Shown: positions 53,230 to 63,636 of the stretch, piece after piece | How positions within the stretch are numbered: the first letter of the stretch is position 1 | Layout of the letters: every line of letters starts with the position of its first letter | Origin: Phoronis australis | Taxonomy: Eukaryota; Animalia; Phoronida | DNA: 63,636 nt | Direction: 5' to 3' | Assembly: GCA_002633005.1 (NCBI GenBank) | Contig: NMRA01000990.1 | Coordinates: 13,086 to 76,721 of the forward strand | Translations under genes and position numbers: made by a program | Notes under the pieces: model-generated | What the model saw: only the letters and a program-made list of their open reading frames with translations | What the model was told of the DNA's origin: nothing | Databases searched by the model: none

Positions 53230-53501
53230 CAAGGAGTGTACGAGTATAGGAGAGTTCACTCCGCCATTTTACCATTCGCCGCAATGGTTAGCGGTCGAAA
53301 CACTAGCGCTCCAAGCGGTGAATAATGAATACTTACTTAGGAGCGCAGTCCGAACAATGTAAACACTGATGAATTCATACTTTAATGACGTTCAACGCGC
53401 AATAAAATTACCGTGTGATTGAATATGGTTAGAATACGTAAACTAACATCCACTTATAATCGAATGAGATTAAAAATGTGTATTTTAATCAATATTAAAG
53501 T
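53230..53501 (+). mobile_element. Second copy of the P-like left end, cut at the N join
   Basis: Near-identical to 53935-54206 but with a different upstream flank. Confidence 0.85.
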
Positions 53502-53934
53502 NAACAGTGGTTGATGTGTTCCTTGTAGCGCCTGGGGTGCTATTCGCATATGCCGTGAGTGTTGAGCGTGAGTTTCTTGTGGGAAAATGTGCACATTATT
53601 ACAAATCGAAAATAGTTGCAAACGTCCATGTTTTTAAGAGGTATAACATCTTCAACGACAATTTCATGTATAGTTCCAACAAAAACATTAGATCAAGACT
53701 CCATTATAACTGTTGGAAAGTTCTAAAAACTCAATACCACAACAACAGTTTCTTTACGAAAGAGTTGGTAATTTTCTGTTCTAACTGCTGCCGTAACCGC
53801 ATTGCACAAATCGGTCCTGGGAAAGCGAGCCAACTCTTCCACGTAGCAGTATATGGGTTCTTACCGCTGTTGCTCCGTTTCTGTATTTCCCCGGACCTTT
53901 TGTTTCATAGCCGATATTCCCTCCTCCCTATGAT

Positions 53935-56604
53935 CAAGGAGTGTACGAGTATAGGAGAGTTCACTCCGCCATTTTACCATTCGCCGCAATGGTTACCGGT
54001 CGAAACACTAGCGCTCCAAGCGGTGAATAATCAATACTTACTTTGGAGCGCAGTCCAAACAATGTAAACACTGATGAATTCATAATTTAATGACGTTCAA
54101 CGTGCAATAAAATTACTGTGTGATTGAAAATGGTTAGAATAAGTAAAATAACATCCACTTATAATCGAATGAGAATGAAAATGTGTATTTTAATCAATAT
54201 TAAAGTGTATTTGTTTTTATTCTCTTGAAGCTCCCTTCAAAATCTATCACGGTTTTGTTTCATGTTTGAGTTCTTAACACGGCAATTATCGTTCCTTATA
54301 ACAGTTCATACCATGGACTACATAATTTGAATGATTGCTCCTGGGGGTTCAGAGGGGAATTCCCCAAAGGTGAAAGCTAAGGGGGTACAAGACAAGAACC
54401 ATGTGGGCACCAAATGGGTGTTGACCATCTCCCATGAGGGTTACATGGGAGGAGTGCTAAACAGGTAAAAACCAATAAGGTATGCCACATGGGTGTTGAG
54501 CCCTTCCCATCGTCATAAATTTTGGTTGCTCCCCTGACCATTGACAAACATGTCTCCCAGCTCACTGCTGGTTTCACCTCCACCCAACAATTTCGCATGT
54601 GTTCCCTATACAATGCACCAGGATACTAGCAATGCGAACAATTGTTTGGTGTAGTGGGTGTTACACATAAAAGAAGAAGAAAGCAATTCATCACTACCAC
54701 AAAATCGTAATATAATTTTAGAACATCCCATTATTTCTTAGACATTCCAGCATAGGGTAAACTCGATTGCACTCTCCCACGCGCGCACCCAGGGGGCTCG
54801 GGGGCTTGAACGAGACAAAAAGTCCGAGAAAATGGGACAAAAGTCCACTAAAGAAACGGAAACGCGCAATTCACAGTGGTGATCCCCGTTTTTTTTTGTT
54901 TTTTTTTTTTAGTCCGCCCACTCATTTGTTAGCAAAAGGTCTACATCGTCGGGAATTCGAGCCCCCCACATTGAGTATATCACCACCATAACCAGTCCAA
55001 GCTCAAAATGTCATGACAAAAAAGTTAAGAGGTGCTGAACAGCAATCAAAATATTCACTAGCCACACAACTTCATACAAACCTGAATTAAAAAGACTTTT
55101 AATGGATGATAAAACTAAAATTTTTATTTTCTATACCCACTGTTCATATTATCAATAACAGTAAATATTTCAGGTAAGCTAAAGCTAGACCACAAGATCA
55201 TATTTGTTACTTAGCCACAACTGGAGCTTAAATTAATCACAATCTCCAAAAACGTACAAAATAGGCAACACATACACCAATACAACAAGAAAATCTAACC
55301 AACCTTCTCACTCTCTATTCACTAGTAAACAACAGCTCTTTTTGCCAACGAAATGCGTTGAAGCTGATAACTAATTTACTCACAGAGGTGTTTCAGTGTC
55401 ATTGAGAAGCAAAATGATATGGATAGCTTGGGTTTAACAAAATGTCAGCCCACCATTCAGACTCTAAAAGACCCATCAGTTTCACTTTGGCTCTCTTCAA
55501 ATCACAGGCTAACCATTCATAAAATGTTTCAATCTGATCAACCTTAGTAAAATACGAAAACCAGATTTTGACTAATTGTCCTTTCTACACGTGATGTTCC
55601 AGTACTTGCTTTGTGAGACGATAATCAGAAATGCAAAAAGCCTATTCCACAGCTGTAACATAATTTCCGGAGAACTTTTTGACGTCTTCATTTTTGGTGG
55701 ACTGGGGACATCAAATACTGCTCGGGCACTGCATTCAATACCAGCTTGTTCTTCATTCATCAACATGGACTCCTCGAAGTGATGAGAGCATAAGTTGCAG
55801 TTCTTGGACAAGTAGGATGCACTCTATTCATAAGGTCGGCTCCCAGTGCTTGCACCTGAACAGAAATCAATGAGAGACTCAGGAACAAACCTCATACTCA
55901 CCAGGTTCACAGAAGACTGGTAGTCTACACTAAACTACACTACACAACAGAAGTCCTGTCGTACTGTGATTGTGATAGAGACAAAAGCGTCTTGGTGTCA
56001 ACTAAAAAAACTAGGACTCAAATGTCGATCCACGCATATTTTACGGGCCGCACAACTTTTCACCGAGACCCACAGATTCTCTAACTTGACGAATGAAAAC
56101 TTGAGTCCCTGTGGCCGTGATTGTGCCATGGCCGTGTCACCACGATGATTCATATTCACCCATGGCCATGGGTATGTTTTCCTAAAATTATCCCTGCGAT
56201 CGTTAGAGTGACATTTTGATTTGGAATACATGGACTTCAAGTATCCAAAAAGCTGACGATCACATGTACGTTAATCAGTAGTCCTTCCGCCGGCTGCCCA
56301 GTAGGCCTAGCCTACACTGCAGACAACAGACAGTGGCACCGGGACGCCGTGCGATCGACTTGTCTGACAACCGTGAACAGAACACACAAAATGAAAGACA
56401 ATGTATCATATTATTGAATAACATATAATACTTACCTTTCCGAATCCTTAGGAAGCCTAACAATTTATCGCACTGCAAAATGTGTCCTTCCCCATTGTTT
56501 TGGCGCTTCCTGGTTGACCGTTGCTCATTCACCACTTGGCGGCGCTAGTATTAGCGGTAACAGCTAACTCACTAGTGAACTCTCCTATACTACTACACTC
56601 CTTG
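53935..56604 (-). mobile_element. Non-autonomous P-superfamily-like DNA transposon with a decayed, intron-split THAP domain
   Basis: 31-bp TIRs CAAGGAGTGTA(CG/GT)AGTATAGGAGAGTTCACT (29/31). 7-bp TSD CTATGAT at 53928-53934 and 56605-56611. Minus strand reads VKSCAARKIC..SFFS*, then cag|(R)CKHW, YLSKNCNLCSHHFEES and AVFDVPSPP. Confidence 0.85.
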
Positions 56605-58732
56605 CTATGATCCCCAAGGCTGTTCCACGCGCCAACGTTTCCCCGACCCTTCCCACAACTGTATGTCGAGAGTCAGTCTGTTTGAGTCTATTATCTAATT
56701 TGTTGCAAATTGAAGTTAAAGATCCTACGACTGAGGATTGCGACCAATTGTATGATTCATCATGTGTCTTTTTCCGAAACTTTTAAGTTTGTTTTTTTGT
56801 TACCGTTCCGCCGCACATAGATATACTCATGCACTGAAGCACACTAAAACGAATAAATTAACTTGTTGGGGGCATTGAAACTGGAAAACATAGAGACGGA
56901 GGAACAGCGAGTTGGTGGGAACTTAGGCACGGGGCAATATAGCGAGCTTCAAACAGCGATCCGACCCCCGTAAAATCCATGATGCCAAGCATTAGAGGCC
57001 ATTCGTACTGCAGCGTATGGATACGCCAAGCTTCATTCATGCGGGTGTCTGGTCGATTCAAACGGACACAGTTGTTCGCGTTGTACTCTTATATTGGGTG
57101 ACAATATTTGGTACTCCGGTAAGCTTTTTGAAACCACAAATTGTAGTTGGAAAAACACAATTTGATTTCATTGGAATTATTTTTAATATCTGGTGGCTGT
57201 GTAGTGTTTAATATCTTGGTGACTGTTTAAGTAACTTATGCAATCACAGCTCCAAGTTTAAGTGTTAGATCATGTTAGATACAAAAATATAAATTAATTG
57301 CCAATTTTTTGTGAAATGTTATAAAGGTAAATTTCTTTCAATTTGTTATTGCTTATCCGTATGGTGCATCCAGGTGTAGATTAACATTTTTCTGAAGTCC
57401 ACTGCGTGCGTTTATCAACGACAAGCATATTCCACCCAGCTTAAAAAATGGGGGCTCGAATGTGGACCGTTTACTAAGACTTACGGGATACGTTTAGATG
57501 AATGGATTGTGCATTTGCCGAATTTTGGTAGTCCCTGCCTTTTTAGTCGACTTTTTTCTCGTTTTCTACCTTTTTCGAGACTGGCCTTTTTAATTCTCTA
57601 GAAATCGTTGGTCTTCATTTGCAAGGGCCAGAATTACATCGTGAAACCATATGATTGTGGGCGGCGGAACCAAATCTTGAATGGGGGGCACAACTATCGG
57701 CAAAGCAAGACGAGACAAACTCAGTGGAGAAAAATGAAGGCTAAAGTAAAGACACTTTTTTTAGCATATCTCATGTCAATTGTTTCTCAATATTAGGACA
57801 ATTTTACTTTTTGAACAAATCAGGGCCCCTGTTCAACCTACACCCATGTCCTTCAACCATGTTAACACAATCTTTTACAACCAATGGCAACAATTGTTCC
57901 ACGTTGCTGTTGTGACCATATGGAAAGGTTAAGGCATCTGATTAATTTACAAGCAGGAAGTCGTCACCAGGAACAAATCAGATGTTTTGTCCAGCCTTTG
58001 TTGTAGAACAAAGATGGCGGACCGTAGTTGTGTTTACACGTCACTGCGTCCTCATTGGATGGAATTATTAGCTTGATTGACATGTCGGAACTATCCATTG
58101 TTTAACTACATGTAATTACTGAAAATGGCAGATAAACAAATGTCATACTTGTTAATACCTCTATTTGAATGCTTGCTATTAGAATGAGTGTATTAAGATT
58201 GCTATTGGCATTGAGCTTTGCATAACTCATAACTAATATAGCCTATTATATTGGCGTTACTTTGTAATCATTAACGATGATATAATTGATATTCTTTTCA
58301 CCATAATGTGTCATTACCAAATTAAATGTATTTTTATGTTTTCATTATCTTGGTTATTATTGTTGTTGTTTGTATAAATATTACTGTTATTATTGTTACA
58401 AGGCCTCAGTTACGGTTGTTGTCATCATTGTTGTTATCACTAGTGTCACCACTGCTTACTGCCGTGGATATTATTGTTATTATAACAGTTAAGCTAAGAA
58501 GATGGTAACCCATTTGGCTATGAATGAAAAATTCAAAAACTATTAAATTGTACTTAATGAATTATTAGACCACTTGAGCAACTTACGGAGCTCTTGTGTT
58601 GATTTGCCCAAGTAGAGTATACCATAATTTCAATTTGTCGTTAAAATATCCTCGCCGGTGCTTCTACAATTTTTGGCACATTGTTCTAGTTTTAATTCAT
58701 CTTGGATTAATTCATTTTTATTTTATACCCAG

Positions 58733-58992
58733 TGCCACTATGACATCGTTACAGTCTACGGTGCCATGGCAGACAATAGCATTGCAAGCTATGTGAAGAC
58801 TCTAGTCGCTACTGTCGTCGTGACAGCTCTTTTTAACTCATTGGTGCCAATATTTGGCTTCCTAACATTTGGGTCGGCTGTGCACAAAGAAATCATAGAC
58901 TCATATCCGCCAACACCAGAGGTCGTCCTTGCTTACTTACTGATGGCTTTGAAGTGCTCGACTGCCTTTCCTCTCGTGTTCTTTGTACTAAG
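58733..58992 (+). CDS. SLC38A7-like sodium-coupled neutral amino-acid transporter exon
   Basis: cccag|CHYDIVTVYGAM...IFGFLTFGSAVHKEIIDSYP...AFPLVFFVLR|gt matches the SLC38A7 pattern CHVS..GFLTFG.AV..D...SYP..SYP. Confidence 0.88.
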
Positions 58993-59053
58993 GTACAGTA
59001 CAGTATTAATATGCAACCATATGGGGCTGGTGTGATATGTGTCGTATAAACCA

Positions 59054-61360
59054 ATGTTACAAAAGCGATGTGTTCAATTCCTTAAGTAGTTTGACGAAAA
59101 GTCGCGAGATTGCATTAGAGCAAAGCAAGATCTCTAGTTTTTCAACTTTCAATCTAACAACTAAGAAAATAACTGATTCTGGTTGAACTGTTAAGTATCC
59201 ATTAATGAAAAGGTACTGCGGTTTCTTGTGCAAGTTGCGTGACTCGTGGTCCAAGGCCATGTGGTATTTTTCATGAAAAGCAACTTTCTGTGTTAAGGCT
59301 TAAAAGCATTCAAACAGAAATTTGGTCTTACGCTTCTCAAAAAATTTGAAAAATATGTAAATCTCATTTGACCAAAAATGCAATAGACCCATAACTGCTA
59401 GTTACGGAGATAATTTCTTGATTTTTTGTAGACTGTGATGCGCTCATAGTTACAAGGTTAAATATTCCTAGCAATTGTTAAGTGAGAGCGTAAGATCAAA
59501 TTTCTGCCCTAAAAGGACACCAAAGGCGGTTTTGCCCTATTAACAGATACTAAAAGGCTTTCCCAACCAGTTCTCTGAAACAACTTATTGCTCTGTAACC
59601 TCGACAGCAATAAAAAGTTTGGTTGAAATTTTGAAACTACGCTTTAGCGAATTACATGGCAACTGTGCGAGAAGGACTGCTAATGTGTCAGATAGGGACT
59701 ATGAGTTTTTAGTTTATTTCTGCCTTTGTCTTTCAAGATTGGTGCCAATGAGTCATTAACTGGTGACGGAAGAAGAATTGGTTGAGATAATCAAAACAGG
59801 GTTTAAAGTCCTTTTTAAATGCTTGAGTCACTTTCATGAAGCGAATTCTTGTCCCCTGTAGTGCAGAGGGGAATTCAATTTTCGCAATTATAAATACCAC
59901 TAGAAAGAACCTGGCGGCTCGGCAGCATTGCAAGAAATACTACAGTGAATTTTTCAAACTGACGTGTTCTCCAAGTGACGTCATTGTTTATATGCATGAC
60001 GCAGCATGTTCTGAACAATCAGCGAGTTGTAACGTAAATCCAAAAATAGGTTTAGCAAAGTTACGGTAGATTACTAAATACATTCAACATGGGAATTTGT
60101 CATCCAAGCTGCTAGATCGACCAAGCTAGCAAAGAGTTCTTAGTACTGTTATCATCGTAGTTCTATTGCCATTACTGTTCTTGTCGTTTTCATTGTTTTT
60201 TNATGTTACAAAAGCGTTGTGTTCAATTCCTTAAGTATTTTGCGAGTTTGACGAAAAGTCGCGAGATTGCGTTAGAGCAAAGCAAGATCTCTAGTTTTTC
60301 AACTTTCAATTCAACAACTAAGAAAATAACTGATTCTGGTAGAACTGTTAAGAATCCATTAATGAAAAGGTACGGCGGTGTCTTATGCAAGTTGCGTGAC
60401 TCGTGGTCCAAGGCCATGTGGTATTTTTCATGAAAAGCAACTTTCGCTGTTAAGGCTTAAAAGCATTCAAACAGAAATTTGGTGTTACGCTTCTCAAAAA
60501 ATTTGAAAAATATGTAAATCTCATTTGACCAAAATTGCAATAGACCCATAACTGCTAGTTACGGATATAATTTCTTGATTTTTTTGTAGACTGTGATGCG
60601 CTCAAAGTTACAAGGTTAAATATTCCCAGCAATTGTTAAGTGAGAGCGGAAGATCAAATTTCTGCCTTAAAAGGACACCAAAGGCGGTTTTGCCCTATTA
60701 ACAGATACTAAAAGGCTTTCCCATCCAGTTCTCTGAAACGACTTATTGCTCTGTAACCTCGACAGCAATAAAAAGTTTGGTTGAAATTTTGAAACTACGC
60801 TTTAGCGAATTACACGGCAACTGCGCGAAAAGGACTGCTAATGTGTCAGATAGGGGCTATGAGTTTTTAGTTTATTTCTGCCTTTGTCTTTCAAGATTTG
60901 CGCCAATGAGTCATTAACTGGTGACGGAAGAAGAATTGGTTGAGATAATCAAAACAGGGTTTTAAATCCTTTTTAAATGCTTGAGTCACTTTCATGAAGC
61001 GAATTCTTGTCCCCTGCAGTGCAGAGGGGAATTCAATTTTCGCAATTACAAATGCCACTAGAAAGAACCTGGCGGCTCGGCAGCATTGCAAGAAATACTA
61101 CTGTGAATTTTCAAACTGACGTGTTCTCCAAGTGACGTCATCGTGTATATGCATGATGAAACATGTTCTGAACAATCAGCGAGTTGTAACGTAAATCCAA
61201 AAATAGGTTTAGCAAAGTTAAGGTAGATTACTAAATACATTCAACATGGGAATTTGTCATCCAAGCTGCTAGATCGACCAAGCTAGCAAAGAGTTCTTAG
61301 TACTGTTTTCATCGTAGTTCTATTGCCATTACTGTTCTTGTCGTTTTCATTGTTTTTTTA
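59054..61360. repeat. ~1.15-kb direct duplication of intron sequence across the N at 60202 (probable uncollapsed haplotypes)
   Basis: 59054-60201 is approximately equal to 60203-61360 with scattered SNPs and indels. Confidence 0.9.
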
Positions 61361-61361
61361 G

Positions 61362-61561
61362 AAATGGGCTGCAAGATCTATGGACCACCTGTCGGAAATT
61401 ATCTGAAGAAGAAGTAGTCCAGCACGAGAAAAAGCACCGCCTTGTGATCGGCAGTGGAGCCTTCTTCTCTATTCTGTTACTGTACGTTGCCATCCCAGAC
61501 GTAGTAGGCGGCATGGCACTCAGTGGTGGGGTAACCATAATTACAACCTGTATACTTCCAG
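61362..61561 (+). CDS. SLC38A7-like exon
   Basis: Phase-2 acceptor matches the previous exon; NGLQDLW...EKKHRLVIG...LYVAIPDVVGGMALSGG...ILPG. Confidence 0.88.
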
Positions 61562-61752
61562 GTAGGCACATATTTAAACCAGCATTTGCAGTAGGATCGT
61601 GTATATTCGACTATTACAGTACACAATTCTTGCAATACCTCCGCGGCTTTAGTGAGACTTTCTGGTTAGGTTAAAGTTCGATTCCTCAAACTCGATTTAC
61701 TCAACTCATTGTTTGCCATAAGGTGGTACATTTTTGCTATTTCTTCTTTCAG

Positions 61753-61898
61753 GATTGGCGTTAATGCAATTCTCACTGATCAACCAGGAGAACATGACTG
61801 ACTTCAGGAGACGGGGCTTGGTTCTAACAGGCATATTTTATATATCATTCGGGACATTTTTTGTAGGCGTGATTAGCGTGCAAGCATTTATGAGATGA
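61753..61898 (+). CDS. SLC38A7-like last exon
   Basis: Phase-1 acceptor; GLALMQ...GLVLTGIFYISFGTFFVGVISVQAFMR*. Confidence 0.88.
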
Positions 61899-62459
61899 TT
61901 CAGCCAAAACGATGTTGCTCATCGTTTTACTATGTTAATGTTTGAAACAAACGGATTATACATGTATTTATTGGACACCTTGTGACTGGATAGCTCCCTA
62001 AATTCTTGCAAGCAGCCCTTCATTACATATAACGTCAGCTATTTGCCAAATCTTACTTATCCAGACGTCCATAAGTCGGCGCCTCGTTTATACTTTTACG
62101 CCGGTGACCATCACATTGACCAAGAAACGTAAAACGCGTGACGAGACCTGTCAAGACTTGAATCCCAGACACACAAGTCGGTACAGGTCGCTCGATTTCG
62201 TGACTAATCTGGTGAAATATTGCTCACTGTGCATCAACTGTAATACGAAAAAAATCATTACGAATGTAGCTTTCTTGTGTCAGTCTTGGTGGGGATAAAT
62301 CGCATCGAAATACCATCTGAGCTGCAGTTCCGTGACATCAGCGGATGTTCTGATTTTTAAGAAACCTGACAATAGCTGATTTTCGAAATAGCAGTGCCAT
62401 ATTAAGTTTCACTATCTCGCCAGACAGCGATCAGGTCTTTGGTGGACAGGCAGATCCCG

Positions 62460-62570
62460 GGGGGTTTCCCATACATTTTTCCCCTTGCGAATCCGCAGCT
62501 ATATAGAGAGTGGCTGCGACTGGTAAAGCGGAAGAATTTCGATCCCAGCCGGTGTCCAGAAGCTAAAGTA
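62460..62570 (+). pseudogene. THAP-domain remnant (transposon-derived)
   Basis: FPLANPQLYREWLRLVKRKNFDPSRCPEAKV fits the THAP pattern FP...W...V.R..F.P. Confidence 0.5.
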
Positions 62571-63564
62571 AATTGATCAGTGACTGGAAGTAACAAAGGC
62601 TTGATCTCATTTGGTGAGCACGTGCGCTAGAGCCGTTTTCTCAGTCTAGTGGGTTTCGTCTTTCGGATTTCGGATAGCATACGTCCATGGTTGGCTTAAC
62701 CCGATTTACGAAAACAAGCTTGAAGTCAGAACACAGAAAGCTCGACTGTACAGAAGATAAAACGTTTCGAAACAGTTTTTATTTAAACCATTCACTATAA
62801 TTAAACGGGTCTCAAATGTTTCTTATTCAATTCCATACGCGATTTCTAATAATTGTGAGAATTGAGATTTGTTTCGGCTTGAGACCAGGCTCTGTTAGTT
62901 GGATTGACGCGACAGTCATTGTATCGGCCTGTGCCAAGCCTCTTTGGTATAAAGCAATAGACCTCTCTACGTGCGATTCAAAGGAGGCTGCCATTCGTAA
63001 GCTGCCATTCAGTGGTTATCCAACTTATCCGCATTGAGGTGCTGAAAACATCAGGTACCCCAATGGTATTTAGCACAAGTAAGATAGATTGTAAGGGGCG
63101 AATCGGATAGCCTATAGAAAACCATATGCTTCTTACCAAACCAAGAAATAATTTTTAGTCTGAGCAAGGAACTGGCTGAAACAAGATACAAAACTTGGTG
63201 TTGGTGATTTTTTTTCTTGTCAGAAGACCGGTGCATAACAAGCAGTTTATTATTTTAATGACCTGTTATTATAAATATGCCCTTTGCAAAAATTCAAGTG
63301 GTCCCGCCCACCACTAAGTCTTGATCGAGTGTTGCGGTTAATCAAATCTAACCTAATTTCGTTGCTTCATTTTCGTTTTTTCATTTTTGTTCACAATGGA
63401 ATTATCAAGCGAGATTCTTGAGGTACGGGTCTAGATCGCCAGCGAATTGTTGGTAAAATTAGTCAGCGGGCCCACATTACAACGTTCTCCCCTTTAGTCC
63501 AACTTAGCGCAGAACAACAAGTTGGGCGATGACCTTGTGGTCAATATGTTACGCGATTGATTAA

Positions 63565-63636
63565 TGGATAATGCCACCCGATTTAATTAGTCTTTTTTAC
63601 CGTCTTTATCGGTCTATATCCACATCGCCTCTTATA
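63565..63636 (+). mobile_element. Start of another copy of the 6023-7690 Kolobok-like family
   Basis: TTAA at 63561-63564, then the reverse complement of 7620-7690 with few mismatches. Confidence 0.85.

Noticed and set aside
53507-54067. 186-aa ORF
   Set aside because: Starts just after an N join, runs across a transposon TIR junction and has no recognisable motif.
54930-55005. tRNA-like A/B boxes on the minus strand (also ~48600-48680)
   Set aside because: No cloverleaf; at most decayed SINE heads.
53865-56909. ~27-bp inverted similarity flanking the P-like element (53865-53890 vs 56883-56909)
   Set aside because: Short and imperfect (about 22/27); cannot be distinguished from chance.

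Overview
Invertebrate animal genomic DNA from a draft assembly: AT-rich, spliceosomal GT-AG introns, transposon-dense, with a 243-N gap at 51219-51461 and single-N joins at 863, 6564, 11402, 27791, 50569, 53502 and 60202. Three spliced + strand genes can be read by hand. (1) The last two exons of an FBXL6-like F-box/LRR gene (1364-2242), followed by a 27-bp minisatellite. (2) A multi-exon gene (~20888-47939) with one-repeat-per-exon ankyrin repeats, a linker and the catalytic-His segment of a FAM111-like trypsin-fold serine protease. Three of its ankyrin exons form a 657-bp exon+intron tandem array in which every exonic difference is non-synonymous and most fall on ligand-binding positions; this is the most interesting signal in the window. 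(3) The last three exons of an SLC38A7-like amino-acid transporter (58733-61898). Mobile DNA includes a 5'-truncated LINE with intact ORF2, a (CT)n tail and a perfect 10-bp TSD inside an ankyrin-gene intron; two TTAA-flanked Kolobok-like deletion derivatives; a P-superfamily-like element with 31-bp TIRs and a 7-bp TSD; and several MITE/THAP remnants. Most other short ORFs in the track appear spurious. All family assignments come from motif recognition, not database searches.
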